A stretch of DNA of 63,186 nucleotides, counting the filler, from Saprolegnia diclina VS20 (taxonomy: Eukaryota): assembly GCF_000281045.1 (NCBI RefSeq). It is 6 parts of 3 records of this genome, joined end to end, with 100 filler letters (N's around TTAATTAATTAA, not from the genome) between each part and the next. Parts side by side here need not be neighbours in the genome. Positions count along the whole stretch, not along the records: positions 1 to 22,450 come from NW_008246132.1; positions 22,551 to 31,385 come from NW_008246133.1; 4 more parts are not named here. One strand, given 5' to 3'. The position numbers were made by a program, and so were the translations under genes. The notes beneath the pieces are model-generated. The model did no database searches. It saw nothing but the letters and a program-made list of their open reading frames with translations, and was not told where the DNA came from. Within the stretch, counting starts at the first letter, position 1; each line of letters begins with the position of its first letter. Below, one piece after another: positions 13,191 through 23,839 of this stretch.

Positions 13191-14072
13191 TTGGCCAAGC
13201 GCCTGTGCGACGCGCCACACCATATTCTCTTGTATTTGATGCGGGCTGTGATATCGAGTGCTGAAGAAAGAGGTTTGCGAGCTTCCACCACGTACATTTC
13301 AAAATGCGCACAACGCACGTCGAAGATCTTACGCAACTGTCCGAGCTGGCGCTGGCTTGTGCGTCCAGCGGGATTCACAGCGGGCTGGGACCTCTCATGT
13401 GACAACACCGGGCTCATCACGCAAGTTGAAGTAGCCGCGCACGACGCCACCCGCATCACCGTGGGCTCAAAAAAGCACCGCCGCCAAGGTCATCATGTCG
13501 TCGATGATGACGTTTCCAACGTCGGACAAGTGCGATCGATGCCGACACCTCCAGGGCGGAAGTAGACGCCGCGATCTACCGCATTGGCCGACGCAACTGC
13601 CAGCAACATCAACTTCCAAGTTCTCGCACCAAAGGAGCTGTCCAAGGCCGAAACGAGTTATCTCAACGAACGCAACATGGCGATTCGTGCTCACAGAAAG
13701 AAAGATGAGACAGCCCAGCGCCAGGGCAACGAGGCAACGGATGTCGCCACGGCCCATATCGCCCACCACGAGGCGCGTACCGAGTACGGCAAGGATACGA
13801 CGATGTCGGCAACCATGGAGGTGAGCTACACATGGAGCCACTTCAAGCAAGCCTTCCGCGGCGCCGCCGCTGCGCTTGCATCGACCGACGCTGACCGGCC
13901 AAACACGGCCGACGACGTCAAGAGCATGGTCGTGTATGTTAACAAGCAGCTCAGTAACGCGACGGCGAGCGCGGTGGATGTCGCTGCAGCGACGGTGCAG
14001 CCCACTGTACTTGCTTGGGTCACACGCACGAGCTCGAACGGCGCTGTCGACAACTTGGACAGTGGGTGTTGA
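13191..14072 (+). pseudogene. Disrupted ORF of unknown family inside the inverted-repeat element
   Basis: ORFs 13191-13565 and 13584-14072 are in the same frame, separated by a single TAG (13563-13565). Codon usage in the second half looks coding. Confidence 0.3.
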
Positions 14073-14574
14073 CCGCTTGAACGAAGCTATTGACTGAGCG
14101 AAGAGCGCATCGTCCAGCGCTACCATCAGCGAGGTCGACCCGAGGAGTCGCTTTCAGAAGCCAAGGAGCAGGTCGAGTGCCGCGTCTACAATGTGTAGTG
14201 GCATTGTAGGTTTGAATCTCGTACATACGCAAGTCCCTGGCACGTGTCGAAGTCGTGCTCTCGGTAACATCGCTGGGCGTCCGTCCTACTTACACTACTT
14301 TGGAGTGATACTCACCAACCACTGTAGCCCGTTCGTTCCCAGAGCCCTTGCGCAAGTAGAGCGGATGACGCGTAGCCAGAGTTGCGAGACGTGGCAGCAG
14401 CGGAATAATGCTCATCGCCACCATTCGTAGTGCGCGCGGAATCGTCGATGCAAGGAGGCAGACGTCAATAAGACCACGTCGGAAACCCCGATGACGACCT
14501 GCGAACCGTCAGTGCCGAGAGCGATCACGCCTGTCGAAGCCGGCTTTATACCTGCTGTGGATCCCGTTTCAACG

Positions 14575-14945
14575 TTGCTGGAGACCGTCTGCAGTGGCGC
14601 CACGTCATTGCAGCGTCACCAACACGCCCAATGACCACACTGCAGAAATATTAAATGAGCCGCATGACACTCACGAGTATGGTGGTATGAGGAAAAGGAC
14701 CTTGGGCTTCTACCTGGGCTTCTACGTGAACTGCTGCTGAACTCGATTGAAAATTGTTGGACGCTGTCGACAGTGGCGCCACGTCATCGCACGGGCACCG
14801 GTACACCCAATGACCACGTTGCAGAGTTCCTAACTGAGCCCCTTTAAACGAACCCAATATGTTAGTATAAGAAAAGGACCCCAGGCTTCTACGGGCACTG
14901 CTGCAACTTGGTGGACCACGCCTGCAGTGCACCACGTCACTGCAC
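14575..14945. repeat. Diverged ~180-bp tandem repeat (~2.3 units)
   Basis: 'cagtggcgccacgtcat' at 14592 and 14771, each followed by 'cccaatgaccac..tgcaga' and 'gaaaaggacc..ggcttctac'. Partial third unit at ~14925. Confidence 0.7.
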
Positions 14946-15268
14946 CATGACCAACCGGCCGAGTTCGTATTCCACCTGGGCGACATTGCAACCGACTCGC
15001 AACTTGTTGGCATGCATAAAGGCTAGTCCATCCACTAGCTATAGCGAGAAAGGTGTATCGTTGTGGTGGTAGCCGAAAGCACGCTCTTCCTGCTGTCTTG
15101 TGCCAAGTATCAATTTTGTATCAAGTTGGATGACAAATGGCAAAAAACTGGTTCCGATCAAATAAATGCCTGCCGGCCGCCATTCAATGGATTTGACAGC
15201 GTCACGGGATAGCCAATCACAGCGCACGCTCTCGGAAAGGCCATCCAATCATCCTCGAATAGACCGAC

Positions 15269-16958
15269 ATGAGCCTCGAGCAGCTCCCGACCTTTGCCCG
15301 CGCTGCGATCGCGACGCAGACGGACGCGACAAAAGGTCGCTACGTGACGGCCACCAAGGCCTTTGCGCCGGGCGACATTGTGTTCAAGGACGAGGCGTTT
15401 GTGTACGCGACGTGCGACTGCGAAGCGCTGCTGGAGGACGTCACGCAGTTTGCCAAGCTCCTCGACGAGACCGAAGGCCAGCCCGAGTTCGCCAAGTCGA
15501 TGCGCAAGTCGTTCCATAAGATCTTGGTGGCCATGATGGACATGGACATCATCAGCGACGTCGACCGCGCCAAGTGCATTCTCAAGGTTGTCACCAAGGT
15601 ACGCTGCATATATGATTTCTATGTTATGATATCTATGCTGCTTATTAACGAGAACGCTACATCGATCGACGTGTAGTACCTCGAGAGCAAAGCGTCGGTA
15701 GCGGCCTTGCTGCAGCTGTCGCATGCCAACAACGAGGCGTGCGAAGCGGCCGCCAAGACGCTCCGCAAGACGTTCCCGATTGTGTTTCAGTCGGTGCCGC
15801 AGTCGGTGCTCACGAAAATCATTGGCGTCCTCAACACCAACTCGCACGAACTCGAGACGCTTGGTGGCACCGGTCTCTTCCTCTCGGCCTGCCTCATGGA
15901 GCACAACTGCGCGCCCAACTGCAGGTAGATGCCACTCGCCAAACTCTCAATGAACCAAACCAAATTAGCTTTACGACGGCCGAGACGACGCTGTGGGTGA
16001 CGGCGATTCGCCCGATCGCGCCCAACGAGCCGCTCTCGATCGACTATGGCAACATGTTTTACCGCCCGACCGCTGAACGCCAAGCGAGCATGCTCGACGG
16101 GTACGGACCTCGCACTCTTTCAAGCGTCAACGTTGCAACTTTGAGTTAGCTACTGCTTTGCGTGCCAGTGCGAGGCGTGTACGAGCCATATCGACCGCGC
16201 GCGCGCGTTCCGCTGCGGCCACTGCCAAAGCGGGATCGTGCACCCGTCGCCGACGGCCGGGTATGCGTGCCAAAGCTGCCACCAGGTATCCTAACCCTAA
16301 CCACCTCCACGTCGGGAGACTGAGTATGCGCAGGTGCTGACGCCGGCCGAAGTCGACGACGTCTGCCGTCTCGAAGCGGCGCTGCAAGAGAACTTTCCCG
16401 ATACGCTTGCGGGCATTGAAGCGGCGTCAACCGGCCGCCTCCACCCGCACCACTACCTGCTGTTCTGGGCCCTCGATGCCCTCGGGCTCCGCGGCGCTCA
16501 AGGTATGTCGAGCATGTGTCGACTAGAATGGCTAACATGTGGCTAGCGCTCGTGCACAACGTGTCGACGTTGGCGGCCATGTGGGACCGCATCATCTCGA
16601 GCATGGAGTACGTTGTGCCGGGCGCCCACCACGAGAAGACGATCTACTACGACCAGCTCGCCCAAGTGCGCGTCATCACCGGCGACATTGCCGGCGCCAA
16701 GGCCGCGTATGCCAAGGCGTACGAGATCTCGTGTGTTGTGAGCGGCGCAATGACGCCGCCGACGCTCGCGCTCAAGGACCTCGTCGAGAACGTGCCGACG
16801 ACGCGCGACGAGCTCGTCCAGCGGTTTGCCTTTTGTTTCAAGTTCAGATCACCGACCTATGCATGTGTAGGTATGGCGAGGGACATGGCGACGAGATGGA
16901 GTACGACGAAGACGACGACGAGGATGACGATGACGACGACGATGATGACATGGCGTAG
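15269..16958 (+). CDS. SMYD-like SET-domain lysine methyltransferase, multi-exon, acidic C-terminal tail
   Basis: 'KGRYVTATKAFAPGDIVF' (N-SET), 'GLFLSACLMEHNCAPNC|SF...AIRPIAPNEPLSIDY' and post-SET 'YCFACQCEAC'. TPR-like helical C-terminus and poly-Asp end. Confidence 0.85.
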
Positions 16959-17425
16959 TTGTGGACAAGTTGTCTATGTTCTTCAAAACCGGTCTCCGGA
17001 GCTGCTTAAGAGTGTGGTCTCCATAGTGAGAAGAGGTGTCCTGGCTAATGTCACCACGGCCCTTCTCTCAGCACAGGGCGATATCGAGTTGATACGAGCT
17101 CGGCATCGTCATCAACCAGCAAGGACGTTGAGTGGACGCCAACGCAGTGGAATGATGCGGTAAAGGTGACGCACACGAGCTGGACCACAAAACCAGCGAA
17201 CTCGACCAGTGCTTTCTGGATATCCTATCTGCGAGACAGTGTTCTCGTCCTTTTCACCGCCTTTGCCCCTGCGTATCATGCAGCACTGTAGCGCGTCCGT
17301 GGTGTACAGGGCAAAAGCTCTTGCTCTATGAGATAGGAGTCGTCGGACTCTCTACGTTTGAACCATCACGCACTGCGTCCTCTCTCGATCCTTGTACACG
17401 TAGAGATACAAGAGAATAACATATA

Positions 17426-19387
17426 CTACGTGATGGGGGTTTCTACGTCACACGACCGACTGTCCCGACGACTCGCTGTGCTACTTCGGCGCATGGCGTG
17501 GACGAGCTTGCGGAGTCGACTTTCGAGGTCCCTTGCGCTCGGCCGGACGTCGGCGTCGTACGCCAAACAGTCGTCCGCGATCGCCTTGACGTCGTTGGGA
17601 ATCGCAGCAGTAAACTGCGGGCGAAGGCCGCCTTCGACCACCTACACCAACCAACAATCCATCAGTTCATCTATCCATGAATCCAACAATCCATTTATCG
17701 ATCCAACGACGTACCTGAAGTGCAATCTGGGCGTCGCCGACCATCGCGTCCATACCTTCGTCCGCGCCAGCATACGGCGTGTCCATCAGGTCGAGCTCGG
17801 CCACGAGCGCGCCAAAGCTGTAGATATCGGCCTTCTCCGAGTAGCGCTCGCCCGTAAAGACCTCGGGCGCCATGTAGGCGACCGTGCCCTTGTTGATCGT
17901 CATGGTGGCCGTGAGACACGTGGGCCGCGAGATGCCGAAGTCGCAGAGCTTGGCGACGAATTGCGCGTTCAAGACCACATTTTTGGCCTTGATGTCGCGA
18001 TGGACCAGCTCCAAGCTGTGCATGTAGTCGAGCGCCATGCTCACTTGGTGCGCAATCTCAAGCTTGGACGTGAGGGCGGACTGCGGGCGGGCCCACTGCA
18101 GCCACTGCTCGGACCGCGGCCGTGTCCGCTGGTCGCGTAGGATCGAGAGCACGTCGCCACCGGCCATGTACTCGGACACGATCGCAATGTCATGCAGCGT
18201 CGTCCAAGCGACACCAAGAAACGCAACAATGTGCGGGTGCCGCAATGCCGCCGAGATGCGAATTTCTTGCATAAACTCCTACATATACCATTAATCCTCT
18301 GTACCCATCTTGAACTATCGCACCTGGATCGCGTCATAGTCTTTGCCGTTGGCGATCTGCTTGATGACGACCGCGTGGTGCTGCCAGCGAGCGCGGAAAA
18401 TCAAGCCTTGCCTGCATATCAGACATATCAGATCGTACATGACAATGCAATGATGACGCACCCGCCGTGGACGAGCAGCGTCTTGTCGGTGAATTCGGAG
18501 AGTGCAATGCGAAAGCGAATGATACGCGGGTCGAACCGGACGTCGGTCGCCGACATACTCATGTTGGACGCCGCCATGGACGCGCGGTCGTTGGTGCGAA
18601 GGACGTACGGCGCCAAGTCCAGGTCCAGGTCCATCGTCGAGGCCCGCGTCGTCGGGATGCGCACGAGACTGGCGCGGAGCGGCTTGCGCCGTCGCCGCCG
18701 TTTGCAAAAACAAGCGAGCGCACCGATGGCGCCGAGGCTGCCAACGCACGCGCAGATAATCCCGACCGTGTACGACGTTGACGACGGGCTTGTCGTCGAG
18801 GCCGACGAGACGTTGAACGGAAAGTCGGGCGTGTAGTGGAACGTCGCTTGGCAGTACGAGAGCGGGTCGAGGAACTTGCTTTGGTACGAGCTCGCTTCCT
18901 GTGTCCCGGGCGCGACGCCGCACGACGCGCTAAAGACCGAGAGGTTCTGAAACAGAAACTTGCACGCTTCGCAGTGATACAAGTCGCCGGCGCCAAGCGT
19001 ACTCGCCACGCCACACGAGAGCGCGTTGCGGTTGACATGCGTGAGCGTCGCAATGCACGCAGGCTATAGAGGAGACTGTGAGTCGTTGCGGGCGAGCGCG
19101 AGCACAAGACGTACGTCGCAGTGGCGCGCCGGGTACGTGTCTTTCGGTACTTTGCACGGATGCGATGCCAAGGCAGCGGCGACCTGCGTCGCATTGACGC
19201 AGCTTGGCACCTGGCACCACAACGTCGGCATCATGTACGTGATGTTGCGCGCGCTCGTGATGACCGAGCAGTTGTCGACCGCATCGTCGTACGCAGCCTG
19301 CAGTGCGTCGCAGCTGGCGCCGGCCACGAGGCGCGTCGACTCGAGAAGGCAACCGACGAGCAGCAGCACGCGGACGCCGAGGCCCAT
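17426..19387 (-). CDS. Receptor-type tyrosine-kinase-like (TKL) kinase: signal peptide, Cys-rich ectodomain, TM helix, kinase domain
   Basis: Signal MGLGVRVLLLVGCLL; TM 'VGIICACVGSLGAIGALACFC' followed by KRRRRRK. Kinase motifs VVIK, HRDIKAKN, DFG, GTVAYMAPE and 'YSEKADIYSFG'. Several short introns. Confidence 0.88.
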
Positions 19388-21136
19388 ATCGTAAGCAACT
19401 CACGCGACCAACGCCCTTCTGCCGTCGCCGCGATGCCATTGGTCGATTGTCTGGTATCCGGTCATCCGGATAGCTCGATCTGGTCGGTGGTCTGTCTCGT
19501 CGACCTCTCAGTCGCTCGCGCACATGTGTAAAAACAGCGTCCACAGCTCGCTTCCCAACTAGAATGGTCGAGCTCAGCACTGGCTGTTTCGTCGCCGAGC
19601 TTCGGATTATATGTACAACAAGACAAATCTATGCGACATGCGACTACATCCTCTATGACTACCGGTATGCCAGTGTATCTTTTGTCGGTTTGAACAGAAT
19701 TTGGCTATTCGATCCCACTCGCCATTTCGGAAGTCGACTTGAGAGGTGGACAATACGACAATTGGGCGTCTATTGTGTACCTTCTGCTAAAAATATGGTG
19801 TGGAAAACTCGTCATTTTGGCGCTGGCTTGGTGGCGACGCTAACGGTGTGGAAGATGCATGGGTCGAACCACCTCTAGTCCAGCGACGCAAAGACAAGAC
19901 GAGGACCAAGGCGCCCCTCGCCGACCGCCAAGCACAAGCGAATCGTGGGCAAAGAAGCCAGCCGTCGGCGCATGGCCACGGGACAGAGACGGCGATGCAA
20001 TGCGAAACGCAGTAGCTTTTGATGGTGCGATTCCGTACGTCACCAAGCACACGGCGAGTGCAGACGGCCACCGCTTCGAACCCGTCCCACGGACGTATTT
20101 ATCGCACCAGCACAAAATAATTTAGCCTCTTGACAAGAGGTTTGCTAGCTCATATAGGCCGTGCGGCCACGCGCCCCGGCAGGAACGTCGGCGTAGCGAC
20201 GACGTGAAAGGCGCCGGATCAGCTTCACATTGAAGCGGCTGCGGCACGCGGATTGGTCCATGCAATTAAATTTCAGCCAATCCAGCCTCGCCATACCAAA
20301 ATGCATCCCTCGTCGCAGATGCTGGGCCATGATGATGATTGCACTCAACCAAGCGCCGCCTTCAACTCCACATCGCTGTGGCCATGGCACAGAGACGCGT
20401 CGCCGTCTTGTAGTATCTTGCGCCCTGCGTATTTGTCCAACCAAGGGCCTCGGCTGCTACATCGCGGGCTCGTGCCGCAACTGCAAGGAAGGGTGCGCTA
20501 CAGTAGCACTTGGGCGTCTCGTGCTCGCTGCGTTACGGCGCTTGACGAGCAAACACTCGCTGCGCAATTCGCCGCGCCGTCGCCACGAGGGTGCGCGGGT
20601 GGTGTCGCAGCAAGCGAACCGCCAACTTTGCTACGCACTTGGGTCATCGCATGTGGCCCTGTCTAGGCCGTGACGTCGGGGCCCGAGCCCTCTCATACGC
20701 CGCTTCACGGAGGATGCTGGGTCGTGTGGCGACCAATTTGCAACGTTATTAGCCTGGACTCACACCCATGAGTGCGCGATCTTGAGCGGACGCGCGGTCG
20801 CGCTGCGCGTTACGAGGTGCGCCGACGTCGTGCGCGTCGGCAGCAGTGGCACCGATCGTCGCCACCAGTCGTGCTCGGTTGCCTCTTGGGCAGAGCCACT
20901 CTGGCGCAGAACGCGCCAGGCGACGAGGGCGGCCAGTACACTGTATGCTGGCTACTTGCTTGTAGGATCCGCAAACGCACCCAATTGGTTAAAAACCACG
21001 CGTTTCCATACAAAAAGCCAAACAGAATTTAAAAAATCGAAGCCACACGCTTCGATATTTCGTCGACCAGCTGCTGCGCGACCACCCTCGGACGCAACTG
21101 CGCCGGTCATACCGACAAACGACAGAAACACCAAGC

Positions 21137-22384
21137 ATGATCGTCCTGCCGTTCGTCTTGCTGGCGCTCGCAGGCGTCTGCGTCGCCGGTATCATCGTGT
21201 ATGCCTGCACGCACAAGCCCGAGGACGAGTGGAGGGAACGCACCGAGCCACTCATGGCCACATGCGCCGTCGAGACGCCGATCGCCGTGCACATTACACT
21301 GCCGCAAGAAACATCATCATCTACCATCGAGGCAGCACATAGCCAAGCGCCAAGTTGTTGCACATGCAGAGGCTGTGGCGCGACCATCGACCCGAGTCTG
21401 CTCGACCTCGCCAACGGCCTCTGCGTCGCCTGCAGCTACCAGTCGATCCGCGTGCCGTCGCTCGAGATTGACATGCCCAACGACGACGAAGAGGAGGAGG
21501 TCGACACGACGGGCGATGTGCACTCGTACCGCGACACGAACGAGGACGAGCTCGTGAGCTACTACTACAAGAGCGACCAGCCGCCGACGACCGACGAAGG
21601 TACGACGGCCGAAATGGAGAGCCCGCAAGATGATTTCGACTACGACCAAGGCGCGCCAGCCAAAGAGAGCATCCTCGAGCCGTACCTCGAGATCGACGTC
21701 GACGGTCTCTCGCACGATATTGACGGGTCCCTCGACGAGTGCCCACAACACGACGACGAGCAGGACGTGGCAGACGAAGACGTCGAGATTGCCGAAGAGG
21801 CCCTCTCGCTCATCCAGGACATGTGGGATATTGCGTACCAAGCCCACCTTGGCGTCAGCGATGCCGAGGTCGCAGACGCCTTTGCGGCCATGGCGCTGGA
21901 TTTGGATGCGACCGCCGACGCGATCCAGAAGGAGCCGCACCTCTTGTCCGAGTCGTTCCACTTTTTATCGCAGTCGCTCGCGTCGCTGCTCGAGCTCGTG
22001 CCCGACGAGTGGAGCTCGCATGTTGAAGCGACTGAGCTCAAGTTTGAAGCGCTCCAGTTTCGGTACCACTCGAAGCTCACGGTCGAGTGCTGCTTGGACT
22101 TGGTGTCGCATTTGTACGAGCTTGTCGAGTGCGCCAAGACGTTTGGTGTCGACGCCGACGTCGCCGGATCGCTCTTGGAAGGCCTCGAAGAGCTCGCCGC
22201 GGCCGTGGAAGAGACGCCGTGCGAGCTCGTCTCGTGGCTCTCGTACCTCGGCGCGACGGTCAAGCTGCTCAAAGCCTACGAACGCGACTTTGCCAACGCG
22301 TCCATGTGGGAAAACGTCATCGAGTGTGAACGGAATCTGGAGCCGCTGCAGATGCACTGCTGGGAGATTTACTCGCCTTGCTAG
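21137..22384 (+). CDS. Uncharacterised membrane-anchored acidic protein with CxxC...CxxC motif and duplicated helical C-terminal domain
   Basis: 415-aa ORF with strong codon bias. N-terminal hydrophobic anchor, 'CRGCG...LCVAC' motif and Asp/Glu-rich middle. Confidence 0.8.
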   Translation: MIVLPFVLLALAGVCVAGIIVYACTHKPEDEWRERTEPLMATCAVETPIAVHITLPQETSSSTIEAAHSQAPSCCTCRGCGATIDPSLLDLANGLCVACSYQSIRVPSLEIDMPNDDEEEEVDTTGDVHSYRDTNEDELVSYYYKSDQPPTTDEGTTAEMESPQDDFDYDQGAPAKESILEPYLEIDVDGLSHDIDGSLDECPQHDDEQDVADEDVEIAEEALSLIQDMWDIAYQAHLGVSDAEVADAFAAMALDLDATADAIQKEPHLLSESFHFLSQSLASLLELVPDEWSSHVEATELKFEALQFRYHSKLTVECCLDLVSHLYELVECAKTFGVDADVAGSLLEGLEELAAAVEETPCELVSWLSYLGATVKLLKAYERDFANASMWENVIECERNLEPLQMHCWEIYSPC

Positions 22385-22450
22385 CGCCATCGGAGTTATT
22401 TAGCGCCCTTTTTGTACCCTAGTAGTGAATATATGTCGAGTGGACTTGTG

Positions 22451-22550
22451 NNNNNNNNNNNNNNNNNNNNNNNNNNNNNNNNNNNNNNNNNNNNTTAATT
22501 AATTAANNNNNNNNNNNNNNNNNNNNNNNNNNNNNNNNNNNNNNNNNNNN
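22451..22550. other. Assembly gap/linker (N44-TTAATTAATTAA-N44)
   Basis: Directly visible; 12-mer with stops in all six frames. Confidence 0.98.
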
Positions 22551-23839
22551 CATGTTGCCGTTTCCTGTCTGCGGGTATGTCCTCAATGCTACAGGCTCGT
22601 CGCGCTGCGAATTTGTCGAGTTAGGAAGAGCGATATAGTATAGGGTACTGATAGTAGTGTAAACTAGCGAAGCGCTTTCTTGCTTGGGGTGGAGCTGCTA
22701 TGGCGAGGACACGTCTATTGCCGTCCCCACTATGACGCGATGTGTCAAAAGTGCAACTTGGGTCAGTCCACTTTCTCAATATCGTCTCAAATAGTGTGCG
22801 CCGCTCATGGAGGAGGATGCTGGCAGCTCAACGCTTCCACATAAGGTCAGCTGTCCCAACCAACCGGAGATGCGAACAAAAAAGAAGACGCGCTGGCAAA
22901 TGCCATAGGACAGGATTGGCCCAACTAAAAGGAGTGAGACACTGTTGATACATGTCATGGTATTGAAGTCCACATCGTGGCGATCCGACAACGAGATGTG
23001 GACGGGCGCTGGCCACACACTGACGACGCTCCTCGAACGAACCTAGCACACACGACAGACTTGACACGTGATTCCTGGGTCAACGGTTGTAGTAGTGACG
23101 ACAGTGTGTGGTCTATGGTCCATCCAGGGCATGTTGGCGGAGGAATATCTGCCGCAGAGGCCAGGCTTCTTCTGAGGCCGGAACGTCAAATATTGGGATG
23201 CAATTCGATCGCGCGGAGCTCAAAAGTTGATCATCTTTCAAGTTTGCTGCAAGCGAGAGACGGAAACGTACATAATAGATGGGTTACACTCTGCACACGG
23301 TGGTCGAGCAAACTTGAATTTCAACGGTATCGATGATGTGGAGATGGCCAAAGAGAAAGCACTTGCAGTCGAGAAACCAACCGATGAAGTGAGTTGGCAG
23401 TCTCGGTGCACATAAGAATGGTGTGCTGCTTCAGTTGGCGTGACACATGTGAGCACTGATGGCCTGAAACCGAAGCGGTTTCGGCTAGCTGGCTGAGCTA
23501 GCCGACGACGCTAAACGGATCAGCTAACCGGCTGTCCGTGTGGTCAAGCGGCTCTCACTGGTCGAGTGTGTCGGGGAAACGTCATCGCCAAGAGTTAATC
23601 CCTTGAGATGGCTCGTGCAAAACCCATACGCCGAGTGGCAAATGTTGGCGAAGTGAGGAGTCATACAGGCGGCAACCAACCAACAAACCCCCCTTTTGGC
23701 TGCAACTCTCCGGTGCGTTGGGTTTGACACCGCAAACGTAGTCGATGCGAGGTATGTCATTATACCACATTGACTATGCAAAGGTCGACAAGGTTGAACA
23801 AAATAGAATACACGTACTACTTGACCAACTATTAAACGA

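Larger units (their letters stand above)
12575..14945. mobile_element. Degenerate element bounded by diverged inverted repeats built from tandem subunits (foldback/MULE-like relic)
   Basis: 12710-12732 is the exact reverse complement of 14747-14769 (23 nt). 12826-12866 matches the reverse complement of 14674-14714 at 36/41. No transposase recognised. Confidence 0.4.

Noticed and set aside
16290..16302. CCTAACCCTAACC telomere-like sequence
   Set aside because: Only two units, inside an intron of the SET gene; consistent with chance.
16900..16950. (GAC/GAT)n microsatellite-like run; also the (CTT)-rich run at 5901-5935
   Set aside because: Explained as coding poly-Asp and poly-Lys tails.
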